Below are positions 9,799-20,795 of a stretch of 64,000 bases of DNA, piece after piece. Made by a program: the position numbers and the translations under genes. Within the stretch, counting starts at the first letter, position 1, and each line of letters begins with the position of its first letter. The DNA is taken from the IMG/VR virus record IMGVR_UViG_3300024358_000009, positions 142,327 through 206,326 of that record. One strand, 5' to 3'. The notes beneath the pieces were generated by a model. The model saw nothing but the letters and a program-made list of their open reading frames with translations. It did not search any database and was not told the DNA's origin.

Positions 9799-12352
9799 TC
9801 CTATTAAATGAAAGGATTAATTATGGATGATTTTGTTTATGTGGTTAGACTTTCAGATCGTTACTACTTTGTGGGTTGGTGCAAAGTTGATGTTGTTAAT
9901 TTCTGGAGAGAAATAAAGAGCATTGTAAATAAATTATATTTTGAAACCTATATAGAAGCAGAGGAAGTTGTAAAGCTTTTAAAAAGTAAAACAACTTTAA
10001 GTTGGGAAGTTAAACAAGTTAATCTGGAGGTCAAGCTATGAAAATTGATGACGCTATTAAGATGTTGCAGGAAGCAAAAGCGGAAGGGAATAAAAATATT
10101 ATTTTTGCATTCTGGACAGCAGATATATTTACAAAAGTAAACGACAAGGGAGTTACTAAGAGTTATAAAGAAGGAGAAGTTTGGAAAAACTTGGTTGAGT
10201 TTATTGATAAAAATATGGATTGGGGTTATACGCACGAAGCATTACAAGAGATTATTAATGCTGTAAGAGGTGCTAAAAATGCATAAGAAACAAATTTTAG
10301 AATTTCTTGATGCAGAGACAGAGATAGAAGCTAGATCAAATATGTTTAGATATACAGAGTGCGGGGCGTTCATTGAATTCAAGGATGATCGTATTATAAT
10401 TGGCTCAATTGTTGAAGGATCGGAAAATGGAACTGAATATTTTGAATTTGAATATGGCAAATTTACTGCAAATGAATTCCTAGATGCAATACAAGAAATT
10501 GAAAGACAGGCTAGTATAATCTGGGATTGGGCAAATAAAGAAGATGAGAATGGTCTTACAAATGCCGAGAAAGGATATGATTGGCCACTACTATGATCAA
10601 AGAAGATTTTTTAAAATACCTGAATGCCAGTAATGAATACAGAGCTAGTGTTAATTTCAATTCTTATACAGAATATAAAGTATTCTTAAGATTTGATAAA
10701 AACTCTATTTGTTTACATACAGCAGATAATAAAAAATCTCATGTATTAGAATATGGTAAATTTACTAAAGAACAATTTGATTTGCTCGTAGATGAACTGG
10801 AGAAGTAATGCATACATATTATGCAATTAAACATTCAAATAAAAAACCATGCATTGTTGGTATGGTTCAAGCGTGGAGAAGGGATACAGCTAATAAAATA
10901 GCAGAGGTTTGTTTTGCAAAAAGAAACTCTGACAGAGTGTATTTATATGTACAACCAAAGGGTTTTGTAGATAAAAATACAAAAAAATATATTTGGAGTA
11001 AATTTAAAAAGGTTGCTGACGAATAAATATATATAGCAAGAAAGGAGTTTGATATGACCAGCATGGAAAACAAGAAAGATTCAAAAAACAAGAAACCAAG
11101 ATTATCCGATGAGGATATTCTTACTCAAGTTTTTATTCAATGTGGCCGTCCTAAAGACATAATCAAAACTGCTGTCGTTAATGTTTTTGATAATAGATAT
11201 AGAGTTAATGTATGGCAAAGCATTAACAATCCATTTCTGCCAAAAGCCGGAAAGATTGTAGCAAGTTTTTTTGTGGTTGTTACTGACGAACTAGAGGTGA
11301 AAGTAATTAAATAAAGGAAATACAATGATTGAATCGCATGGAATGCTTTTAAATTATTTTTGTGTTGACCCATCTAATTATAAAAACGAAGTTCAAATAA
11401 ACAACGATCTGTTTCCAGATGGCTTAACCATTAAAAAGGTTGACAATCTAACTGTTTTGTTAAAAGCAAAACACGCAATGAAAATCTTGTTTTATCCAAT
11501 TAAACTTAAAAAGTTAGAAACTGCTTGTAATAACTTAGCAAAAGAAATGAAGGAGGAATCCAATGAAATGGTTTCAAGATCATAGCAATGTTTGTGCATT
11601 AGCACGATGGCTGGCCGGACTTGGAGAGTGGGAAAATATTGGAGATATTGAACTTCCAAATGGACAAACTGTTGAGGACAATCCAGCCGATAGGCTTATT
11701 TACTTCTTTGAAAAACCTTGGAAATGGGATTCTGAATGGGAAGAATTTAAGAAATCTGGGCATTCGTAAGACGAATAATATAATATAGGAAGGAGGATAT
11801 AAAATGATTATACAAATTGATAACCAGTCTAGGCATATATTTGCTGTTGCTGCAAATTACCTTGTAGTAGACGAAGATAAGATCATTGGTGCTTTTATTA
11901 CTAAGCGTGAAGCTATTGCACAAGAAAAGGTATATAAAAATGCTAAAGATGATTGCATTGATCTTGTGTCTTATGATGCTTAATGGGTGTGGAACTGTTG
12001 AGCAATCTGTATCAACCAGCATATCTCCCTATGATTCTAGAGAGATAGAAAAAGTAAATGTGAGTTTTAGATATACTTATACTTTTCCAAAATAAGGAGA
12101 ATAAAATGAAAATGTATCTTATTAATGGTTATAAAGATAACCAAATTCGTGCCGGACTTCTTGAAAAAGAGTGGCAAAGTAAAAATGGCACTCCTCTTGT
12201 AACATTAAAAATTATTGACCATTACAATGAACATAAGACTGTTTACAGGACTTATCATAAAAATAAATTGGCGGTAATGAAAGTTCTTGAAATGGATGAC
12301 AATCTTTTATCTAAATAACTGTACTACTCATACTAGAAGGGTTGAAAATTAA

Positions 12353-12616
12353 ATGGCTAACAAAGGACAAAGCTGGAAACAAAATCGCTCTATTACTCCA
12401 GAAGAATTTGTAAAGGTATTTACCGAAAAGGATTCTTTTGAAGAAGTGGCAGAATATTTTGGCCTTAGTGTTTCTTCTGTAAAGAACAGGGCGTACTCCT
12501 TAAAAAGATCTGGCGTAAACCTAGTGACAAAAAAGAAAAATGCCAAACCATTTTTTGGAACTCAGGGATTTGATGTGGATTCGCTAAATAAAATCATTCA
12601 GAAGGCGAATAAATAA
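12353..12616 (+). CDS. Putative HTH DNA-binding protein
   Basis: SFEEVAEYFGLSVSSVKNRAYSL resembles an HTH. Confidence 0.6.
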   Translation: MANKGQSWKQNRSITPEEFVKVFTEKDSFEEVAEYFGLSVSSVKNRAYSLKRSGVNLVTKKKNAKPFFGTQGFDVDSLNKIIQKANK

Positions 12617-12722
12617 ATAGAGGAGACTAAAATGCCACTAAAGCCAACTGCCGGTGCTGACTATTTTTTAATCTTTGGTTGTATCTTAACTTTTGTTATA
12701 GGTCTTTTTAGGAGTAATAGAT

Positions 12723-12959
12723 ATGTATAGAAGGTTCTTTATTACAACTGTAGCGTCTGTTCTTACAGCTGGCTTTGCTCTTGCAAAAAAGAAGGTTAGG
12801 CAAACTGTTAGCGGTTTTGGAAAAAGCCTTTCTGAAGCTATGACTGATTGCTATAGAAATGCTAGACTTGTTTCTACTTCATATCAGACTATTACTAGAA
12901 GTTCTTCTGGTAGCGGTTCTTCTTGGACTTACACTATGGTAATCGAATATGAAGACTAA
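12723..12959 (+). CDS. Small exported protein with twin-arginine-like signal
   Basis: MYRRFFITTVASVLTAGFALA. Confidence 0.55.
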   Translation: MYRRFFITTVASVLTAGFALAKKKVRQTVSGFGKSLSEAMTDCYRNARLVSTSYQTITRSSSGSGSSWTYTMVIEYED

Positions 12960-13551
12960 TTTTGAAAAGTGGGTTTTACCTAGATCAAACTGGACAATGT
13001 ATGTTATCCATGTTTGTTCTAGGAAAATGCCAGAACAAATCTGGATTGAAAGATGCGGAAAAGACAGGAAATTAATGTTTGCACAAGGTGGTGCAGGAAA
13101 AAGAGGTGACATATTAACGGAACAGAAATTGCGGAGTATGGGCTACACACTATTAAAAAAATAGCGGTTGTAGTAGTTAATGAACACGGAGAAGTTTTTT
13201 CAAAAAAAGATAATACTCAGTTTAGCATTGACAAAAACAAGGCATTCGTATTTCATTGTTTAAATGAGGTTCATGCCGATATTGTTGTAGAAAAAACAAA
13301 GGAGCATACAGGACTTCAAAATTTGCAATGGAGGGCATATGACGAGACAGGCGAAAGCTAAAAAGACAGCAATAAAAATAGCTAAAGTTATGGCTCGACA
13401 ACTAGGAAGAAAGATAAAAAACATAAGTTTTGACGATGCTGACACTATTCGTGAAGATTATTTTTCTATTTTTGGAACAGATAGATTGACACGAAGATAT
13501 GATTTGGTAAGTATTGTAGCTTGAATTTTTAACACAAACCCAAAGGAGAGA

Positions 13552-13983
13552 ATGATGGAAAGTTTTAAGAAGATTATGCCAGTTAGCCTTTTGCTTTGTT
13601 CTTTTTACATTATGGGAAGCACATTTTATATTGTGTATCAAAATGCACGATATAACTTTATGGCAAGCATTTATAGTGCAGAATCTAGGATTTTGCGTGA
13701 CGAACTAAATGAAGTTAGATACAAGCCAGATTATGAAAGTGGTTATCGTGATGCAGTAATTAAAATGGGTACTCCAACAAGCCCAGGAGCCTATACCGAT
13801 GGATTTACTGCTGCTGCAAAGATTTATCAAAACTCTAGTTATGCAGAAGGATATCACAACGCAATCAAGCAGTTTGGGTATAACGAAATTCCAAATGCTA
13901 ATACTAAATTGCCACTAGATAATATAAAAACATCTTCTATTAAAACAGAGGATGTTCCTGTGAGGTTGGCTGAAGAAAAGTAA
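13552..13983 (+). CDS. Membrane-anchored protein with YxxG(Y/F)xxA repeats
   Basis: N-terminal hydrophobic helix. YESGYRDA, YTDGFTAA, YAEGYHNA. Confidence 0.65.
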   Translation: MMESFKKIMPVSLLLCSFYIMGSTFYIVYQNARYNFMASIYSAESRILRDELNEVRYKPDYESGYRDAVIKMGTPTSPGAYTDGFTAAAKIYQNSSYAEGYHNAIKQFGYNEIPNANTKLPLDNIKTSSIKTEDVPVRLAEEK

Positions 13984-13998
13984 AATATAAAGTTAATT

Positions 13999-14024
13999 AA
14001 TGCCCCTTAATTGGGGCATTTTTT
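13999..14024. terminator. Intrinsic terminator between convergent genes
   Basis: AATGCCCC-TTAATT-GGGGCATT followed by a T tract. Confidence 0.75.
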
Positions 14025-14652
14025 AATTATGGAACATCAATGGAAAATTAATAAAATGTATGTTAGTTTTATTTTCTTTTATAATTTTTGTTATGTATGA
14101 AAAGTCTGCTCCATATCCAAAAGATTTCCATTCAGTATTATTTACTAATTCCCTTTTTAAAAAATAACAACATAAATCAATAGTTCCATTTTTTGGAATT
14201 GGTTTTGTGGATTTTAATATTTTGTATAAATAAGGATCATTTTTTATTCTATGTATGCATTCAGATATAACTACATTGCACTCTTTTGTTAAAAATATAT
14301 TATTCAATAAGTTTAATATTTTTGGATTATAGTAATTATCTTCATTTGTAAAACCAAGTATGTCACAATCTGTTTTAAGTGCATATTCTCTTCTATATTC
14401 ATGGCCCCAATGATTTAATCTTTCATTAGACTCAAAACATTTTATTTTTTCCGATAAAAGTTCCAGTTCATAATATTTTTTTCTAATTTTTTCATCTGTT
14501 ATTTTTCCATCATGAACTATATTTAATTTCCAATTTTCATAAGATTGAGATAAAAATGAATAAACTAAACAGTATAATTTATTGATTCTATTTGGTTCAT
14601 CGTTTAAATATGAAGCTACTGAAAAACCAAAACTTAAATTTGACATATGCAT
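14023..14652 (-). CDS. Glycosyltransferase, GT-A/GT2-like
   Basis: SFLSQSYENWKLNIVHDG, WGH, NEDNYY and YGADF motifs. Confidence 0.7.
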   Translation of the reverse strand: MHMSNLSFGFSVASYLNDEPNRINKLYCLVYSFLSQSYENWKLNIVHDGKITDEKIRKKYYELELLSEKIKCFESNERLNHWGHEYRREYALKTDCDILGFTNEDNYYNPKILNLLNNIFLTKECNVVISECIHRIKNDPYLYKILKSTKPIPKNGTIDLCCYFLKRELVNNTEWKSFGYGADFSYITKIIKENKTNIHFINFPLMFHN

Positions 14653-14672
14653 CCTTGTTTTTTGGAATGTGA

Positions 14673-15332
14673 ATGATAAATCATTTTATCGAAACTAGAT
14701 TTAATTTAAAGTATTCTTTTATAAAATATAAGAAGCATTTAAATGAAAATTGGTTAAATTATAGATTAGAATTATTTAATAAATTCTGCGCCCCATCAGT
14801 TTTAGGACAAAAAAACAAAAACTTTTTTTGGATGATTAAATGTGATTCAGAAACACCAAATGAAATCTTAAACAAAATAAAAATAGATGATAGAATACAT
14901 ATTTATTTTAATAAAGATGAAAATTTAAATATAAGAAAAGAAATTTCTAATTTAAACCATCCATTTGTTTTCTCTAGATTTGACAGCGATGATATTTATA
15001 GAAATGATTTTACAGAAGAAATAAAAAATAATTCTTCAGTATATGAAGACGAATATCTTATAGATATAAATTATTCATCTTTTGATTTATCAAAAAATTT
15101 ATTTTGTCAAAAAAATATTTATCCTTCTCACTTTGTAAGTATAAAAACAAATAATATTGAAAAAGACATTTATGAAGATAAACATGTTAATTATTCAAGT
15201 AAATATAAAATATTTAAAATAAAAGAAAATTTAGCACTAGAATTAATACATGGAAAAAATATATCTAATAAATTTAATGAAAATGCAAAAAAAATAGATA
15301 TAAATTTATCTGATTATAATATACTGCTGTAA
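14673..15332 (+). CDS. Putative rhamnosyltransferase-like glycosyltransferase
   Basis: ETRFNL, RLELFNKFCAPSVLGQ and SRFDSDD motifs. Confidence 0.7.
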   Translation: MINHFIETRFNLKYSFIKYKKHLNENWLNYRLELFNKFCAPSVLGQKNKNFFWMIKCDSETPNEILNKIKIDDRIHIYFNKDENLNIRKEISNLNHPFVFSRFDSDDIYRNDFTEEIKNNSSVYEDEYLIDINYSSFDLSKNLFCQKNIYPSHFVSIKTNNIEKDIYEDKHVNYSSKYKIFKIKENLALELIHGKNISNKFNENAKKIDINLSDYNILL

Positions 15333-15383
15333 ATAATTACTGACAATTGGCGAATAAATATTAAGCAACAAAAGGAGTTTATT

Positions 15384-15773
15384 ATGAAGATAGAAATGGA
15401 TGGCGAAAAGTATCTTCTTTTTGCAAGTGAAAATGTGAAGCGTGTTTTTTTAAGCAATAAGGTAGCCATATTTGATTTAGTAAAACTTTATAAAAATAAA
15501 CCTTTTACTAAAACTGGCACATGTACAATTGTTAATGTTGGGAATACAAATGTCAGTATTTTAAATATAAAAGCTTTAGATTTTGAAACTCAGGAAAACA
15601 TTAATTGTTTTGTGTTACATTGCGTAGGAAATTATAAAGAATTAACGCCAGTAGCAGCTAATAAATGGTCAGTAACTCTTTATTGTGGACATAAAGCGAT
15701 TATTGATGAAACAGTTGATTCGATTGATAAAGATCATAAAGTTCATTGTTTTTTATGTGAGAAGAAAAATTAG
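15384..15773 (+). CDS. Zn-ribbon protein, paralog of 23689-24117
   Basis: KWSVTLYCGH...CFLC versus KWIAELECGH...CPTC. Confidence 0.65.
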   Translation: MKIEMDGEKYLLFASENVKRVFLSNKVAIFDLVKLYKNKPFTKTGTCTIVNVGNTNVSILNIKALDFETQENINCFVLHCVGNYKELTPVAANKWSVTLYCGHKAIIDETVDSIDKDHKVHCFLCEKKN

Positions 15774-16490
15774 GAATGAGCTATGTCAGAACTAATTATT
15801 GAGGAATTAAAAAAAAGAATTCAAGAACTTGAAGAAAAGAATAAAAAGCTGCGTAAAGCATGTCAAAGAGCGTTTGACTTCGTTGATGACGAAGACAACA
15901 ATAAAATAGTAGTTAAAATGCCTTTCTCATTTGGTCTGCATTGTGATTTAGCCGAAGCTTTAGATATTCGTGACCTAAAAAATTTGAAGGATTAATATGG
16001 AAAAGGAAATGATAAATTTAATTTTTGCGATGTATCAGTTGTCTGGTGGGAATAATGGAGAATTGTTTGCGAAGCTAACAGTAGAAGAACAAACTGTTTT
16101 AAGGTCTATCGTTTTTTCAAAGTTATTTTTTAATACAGAGATAAAAAATGGCAATTAAAAGAAACTGCTTCTGCTGCAATAAAAAACTCAAAGGTTTATA
16201 TACTAATATAGAAGATCCTCCGTATGACGCTGTATCTTTTTCATCAGATGGAAAATATGGAAGTTCTATATTTGATCCATATGAAGAAAATGCACGAATA
16301 GAAATTTATATATGCGATGAATGTCTTAAAAAGAAAGCGAAGCTTTCTTATTATTATGAACTAGAACAAAAAATAGAGATTAAAAATATTCAGTCTTTTG
16401 ACAAGAAACTAAAACAGGATGAAGCTATTATTAAAGAAAGAACTAAAAAGTTAATAGCTGCCGTAAAGAAATTTAAGAGGATGAAGAAAA

Positions 16491-16757
16491 ATGACAAGAG
16501 AAGAAGCTGAAATTTATTGCGAAGAAATTGGAGCAAACCCTTTGTATGCAAATGGTTATGACGATTGTATAATTGGAGTTGGAAGAATATTTCATGATTA
16601 TAAAATAATCTATGACACTAATAAGATTTTACATAAAATGGTAGAAGAACAAGGCATGACAACTGAAGAAGCTATAGAGTTTTACGAATATAATATGGTT
16701 GGTGCATACATGGGCGAAGGCACTCCTATATTTTTGGAAAATCATAATGAACAATGA
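16491..16757 (+). CDS. Conserved phage hypothetical protein
   Basis: GYDDCIIG...EEAIEFYEYNMVGAYMGEGTPIF. Confidence 0.7.
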   Translation: MTREEAEIYCEEIGANPLYANGYDDCIIGVGRIFHDYKIIYDTNKILHKMVEEQGMTTEEAIEFYEYNMVGAYMGEGTPIFLENHNEQ

Positions 16758-16879
16758 GCAGTTAAACAAAATAAAAGAAACATGGAAACCAAAAGTAGAT
16801 AAGCATTATGGAGAATGCTATTTGGCAAATGCAAGATGTGCAATACATTTTCTTTTACTAGAAATAGAAAGGCTAAAAA

Positions 16880-17167
16880 ATGACATTGCCACAAGAAAGA
16901 ACAAGGAGTGTGATACAAACTAGAGATTTTTTAATAGATTTAATTAATCCCAAAAAAACGCCAAAAGTTCCAAAATACATAAGACTTTCAGCAAAAAGAC
17001 TTTTAAGACATTTTCCTTGGGATTATCATTTAAAACAAATATCTAAAAAAAATCCTGATGTATTCGGTGACATAAATGACATATTTACTTTTTCTATTAC
17101 TAATAATTTTAAGTTTTCTAACGATAAAAAGTATAAGAAAAAATCAAAAAATACTAAAAATCTTTGA
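16880..17167 (+). CDS. BPSL0761-like protein
   Basis: MTLPQERTRSV...A.RLLRHFP. Confidence 0.6.
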   Translation: MTLPQERTRSVIQTRDFLIDLINPKKTPKVPKYIRLSAKRLLRHFPWDYHLKQISKKNPDVFGDINDIFTFSITNNFKFSNDKKYKKKSKNTKNL

Positions 17168-18070
17168 AGAAGAGGCGAATAAGATTATAGATGAAAAGTG
17201 CGGTTTAGAAATATTAAAAGTTATTTGTTCAATAGAAAATAAAATACGGAAAATAAAATGACAGATGAAGAAAAAATTAAATTAGTTATAGAAACAAGAG
17301 ATGTTTTTGGAGATCCAAGAAGATTGTGTTTGCTTCTTGTTGATGAGATTAAAAATCTAAGATTAGAACTGGAAAAAGCAAAAGCATATGACTACAGATC
17401 CTATGCACCGAATGTTTGGACGCAAGCAGGAGAAAAATATGTTTTCCTGCAATAAAAAAGATGGCAATGGATTTAAAATTGGTTTTAAGAATGGATATAC
17501 TTTGTCAGTAAGATTTGGAGTAAGAAACTACTGCGAAAATTTAGGCAAAGAAGATAAGAAATTTTTAAAATCAAGTGATGCAGAAATAGCCATTATTGAT
17601 CCAGCAGGAAAGCTAATGCAATTAAATGATCAAGATGCAATATTGGCAAATCAATCAGCAGAAGATTTAGTAGAAACGCTTTTTAAATATTTTATGATGA
17701 AAAATGAAACCTATTAATGTTTTTTTATTAGTGATTTTAGCATTGGTTGGAAGTTATTATAAACAATATATTTATCACAAGGAAATTGGTGAAAAATTAA
17801 TGAATAACCTTTATGAGATGGAACAAAGAGTTATACCAGACGAATCTATTAATGATGTTCCTGCTTATTCAGAAAAACAAATGATAAAGATAAAAGTAAT
17901 TCATGAGTGCCAACAACTTATTTATGAGGAGTTTAAGTTATGGAAGTAACAGAAGAATTTATTCAAGAGATTGAAAAAGACATGCAATCCAATAATGGAA
18001 ATTGGGTTTCTAATGAAAATGTTACCAAGCTTATTGCAGAAATAAGAAGATTGAAAGGGCTTATTAAGCC

Positions 18071-18394
18071 ATGTTGTCAGAAAAAGAATTGCGTGAAATA
18101 GAAAATAGATTATACAGAGCAACTCCTGGTCCTTGGGTTTCTTCGTATTCTGAAAATGGAAAAACAAGCATATATTCAGAAAGTAAGGAGCGAGCATATT
18201 TTTATCATGGAGAATGGATTGCAGATGTATCTACGGAAGAAGACTTAAAATTTTTAGTTAATTCTATAGAAGATATACAAAAGCTTTTGAAAGAAGTTTA
18301 TAGGCTAAAGACTATTTTGGATAAAAACATGTATAAAGAAATTGTTGAAGCATTTTGTCATAAATTAAGTGGAAAAACAGATGACAAAAAGTGA
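18071..18394 (+). CDS. Ead/Ea22-like protein
   Basis: N-terminal LREIENRLYRATPGPW. Confidence 0.5.
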   Translation: MLSEKELREIENRLYRATPGPWVSSYSENGKTSIYSESKERAYFYHGEWIADVSTEEDLKFLVNSIEDIQKLLKEVYRLKTILDKNMYKEIVEAFCHKLSGKTDDKK

Positions 18395-18704
18395 GTTATT
18401 CAAAAGATTAAATGACATTCACATATCAAAAGTATATGTAATGTTTTCTTATGAAAATAAAGAAATATCAATAATAAGTAATGTAATTATCATGCAAGAT
18501 CAAAGTTATGTTGTTGATTGGGGCGATGATGTTTATAGTGATAAATCATACATAGTAGAACCGATATATAAATATGATTTTCAAAATTATGATAGTGTAG
18601 ATGGATTATTAACATGGGATGTATTAAAGAATAAAGTTATTATAAGTGGTGAAAAAAAGATTGTTACTCTAGAAAAATTTTCTGAAGAAGTATAGTAAAT
18701 ATAT

Positions 18705-18775
18705 GGGCGGTAGTAGTTGATTCACTAGGCAGGGAAACTTCTACTAATTAGCCTTGTTGGCTAAACCGCCCACCA
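18705..18775 (+). ncRNA. tRNA-like element 1 (7-bp acceptor stem plus ACCA, no D arm)
   Basis: GGGCGGT/ACCGCCC-ACCA, arm AGTAG/CTACT, hairpin TAGCC-TTGTT-GGCTA. Confidence 0.7.
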
Positions 18776-18788
18776 AACAAGGATTATC

Positions 18789-19697
18789 ATGGAAGAAACT
18801 TTAAAAGTTTATGATATGTTTGCTGGTATTGGTGGTTTTTCTCTGGCTTTTCAACAAGCTGGTAATTACGAAATAACAGCCAACGCAGAAATAGACAAAT
18901 ATCCTAGCGAAGTATTAAAAAAGAATTTTCCATCTATACCAAACTTTGGCGATGTTACAAAAATAACATATCAATCAAATCAGTTTGATGTGATCGTGGG
19001 CGGATTTCCTTGCACAGACATTTCTATAGCAAGTAAAACAAAGGACGGTATTTATGGAAAAAGATCTATTCTCTGGAAAGAATTCTTTAGAGCAGTCACA
19101 GAAGTCAGACCAAAATATTGTGTCATTGAAAATGTCTTTATGCTCCTTAGAAGAGGGCTTAACACAATTCTCTCAGACCTTGCCAAAATCGGGTACGATG
19201 CGACTTATACGACCATTGATGCACAATTCTGCGGAACACCACAAAGAAGACGCAGAGTTTACATTCTCGGAGTCCGTGATGGAATCTCCGCCAACGCCGA
19301 TATCTTCCAACTTGGAGAGCGTAGTACAACAGAATGTGAACGAAAAGTACAGTCTGTCAAAAAAAGCTTTAAGTGGTATTTTGAGCAGAGCGAAAAAAGG
19401 GAACAAGCCTTTGCCTACTTTACTCGCCAAAGAAGTGATCAATTTGATGAATGCGGAGTATCCTCCACATTAACTAAAAGAGATTATAAATCTTTTACAG
19501 ATTTAGTAGTGTCTAAAGGAAATATACGAAGAGTAACGCCAACAGAAAGACTTAGACTGATGGGTTTTCCCGATGATTGGCATTTAACTAATGCCTCAGA
19601 TACAGATAAGTATAAATATTGTGGAATGCATGTTCCTTCAGTTAAATATATTGCGGAATGCTTAAATAAATATCATAAGGAAACTATTAAGGATTGA
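18789..19697 (+). CDS. dcm: DNA cytosine-C5 methyltransferase
   Basis: Motifs FAGIGG (I), GGFPC (IV), ENV (VI), QRRRR (VIII) and RLMGFPD (IX). Motif X is atypical. Confidence 0.93.
   Translation: MEETLKVYDMFAGIGGFSLAFQQAGNYEITANAEIDKYPSEVLKKNFPSIPNFGDVTKITYQSNQFDVIVGGFPCTDISIASKTKDGIYGKRSILWKEFFRAVTEVRPKYCVIENVFMLLRRGLNTILSDLAKIGYDATYTTIDAQFCGTPQRRRRVYILGVRDGISANADIFQLGERSTTECERKVQSVKKSFKWYFEQSEKREQAFAYFTRQRSDQFDECGVSSTLTKRDYKSFTDLVVSKGNIRRVTPTERLRLMGFPDDWHLTNASDTDKYKYCGMHVPSVKYIAECLNKYHKETIKD
19054..19473 (+). CDS. Nested out-of-frame ORF, putative MTase beta-type subunit
   Basis: 139-aa open frame inside dcm. LESVVQQNVNEKYSLSKKALSGILSRA resembles the post-motif-VIII segment of C5 MTases. 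Confidence 0.55.
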   Translation: MEKDLFSGKNSLEQSQKSDQNIVSLKMSLCSLEEGLTQFSQTLPKSGTMRLIRPLMHNSAEHHKEDAEFTFSESVMESPPTPISSNLESVVQQNVNEKYSLSKKALSGILSRAKKGNKPLPTLLAKEVINLMNAEYPPH

Positions 19698-19699
19698 TC

Positions 19700-20335
19700 A
19701 TGTTTGATTTTGCAAAAGCAGCGCCAACTTTTAATGAACACATTAAAGGTCAATTATTTTGGCATGAAGATTTTTTAAGACATTTCTTGCCAGAAATTGC
19801 ATCTGTATATATGGAACCAGATAGTGTGGTATATGATTTTGGGGCAAGTACAGGCAATGTTGGATTAGCATTAAGAGATAAAATAAAAGAAAGAAATATT
19901 GAGTTTTATGCTATTGAAAAATGTCAAGAAATGGAACCGTACTATATTGGTGATTATCAAAGTCTAATAATAGGCGACATGCTAGATATATGTATAAGAG
20001 AGTTTTCTTTCGCAACAAGTATTTTAGCATTGTGCTTTATTCATCCAAGTAAAAGAACTGACTTTATAGAAAAACTTAAACACAAATGTAAGAATGGTGG
20101 AGCATTTTTAATTTTAGAAAAAATGATGCCTCATGGTGGCTATCTTGGTACTGCCTTAAATCGTATTACTTGGAGAAATAAATTAGAAAATGGCGAGTCT
20201 CTTGAACAAGTTGTATACAAAGAACTTTCTCTCAGCGGTGTACAATATCCATTGTGCGAAAAAGAACTAGAAGGATTTAAACTTATTTGGGCGTATGGTG
20301 ATTTTCGTTCTTATATTTGGACTAATGGCTTTTAA
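19700..20335 (+). CDS. CmoA-like SAM-dependent enzyme
   Basis: FDF...FNEHIKGQL, VYDFGASTGN and GGAFLILEK. Directly abuts the dcm stop. Confidence 0.75.
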   Translation: MFDFAKAAPTFNEHIKGQLFWHEDFLRHFLPEIASVYMEPDSVVYDFGASTGNVGLALRDKIKERNIEFYAIEKCQEMEPYYIGDYQSLIIGDMLDICIREFSFATSILALCFIHPSKRTDFIEKLKHKCKNGGAFLILEKMMPHGGYLGTALNRITWRNKLENGESLEQVVYKELSLSGVQYPLCEKELEGFKLIWAYGDFRSYIWTNGF

Positions 20336-20718
20336 TATATGGCGTATTTATATACGCTATGGAATATAGACCTTATATAGAACTGTTGATTTGGTATATA
20401 ATTTATTTTTTAATTATGTACTCTATGGAAGAAGTTCTAAATGAAAAGTAGTTATTGTCGAATAAACTAATATAACCCTAACTCAAGGAGGATTTATGTT
20501 CAAGTTTCTTAAGAATATATTTGTAAAGTCTGAAGATCAAATCAATTTAGCTATATTAAAAACAAAGTTGCAAGATCTAGAAATAGATAACAAGGATTTT
20601 GAAATAGTAAATAATAACTTAAAAGATGAAAATAAGGAACTTACTAATAGAATAAAAGAACTAAACATTAAGCTTGATTCAATTAAAATTATATTGGATT
20701 CTATTAACAAATAATTAT

Positions 20719-20781
20719 GGGCGGTAGCAATTTACCGTGGTGGGATAAGTTGCGTGATCTTGTTGATCAAACCGCCCACCA
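20719..20781 (+). ncRNA. tRNA-like element 2
   Basis: GGGCGGT/ACCGCCC-ACCA, arm GCAATTTA/TAAGTTGC, hairpin TGATC-TTGTT-GATCA. Confidence 0.7.
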
Positions 20782-20795
20782 AGATAGGAGATAAA

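Larger units (their letters stand above)
9808..13983 (+). other. Cluster of small hypothetical ORFs (includes paralog pair 10279-10596 and 10593-10808)
   Basis: Packed ORFs with RBSs. Promoter motif copies at 10999, 11751 and 12585. Confidence 0.7.

Noticed and set aside
591-12612. Recurrent CGAATAAGTATATA as a CRISPR or other repeat array
   Set aside because: Copies are short, irregularly spaced and placed before genes with a fixed upstream TAAA box, which fits promoters rather than repeat-spacer units.
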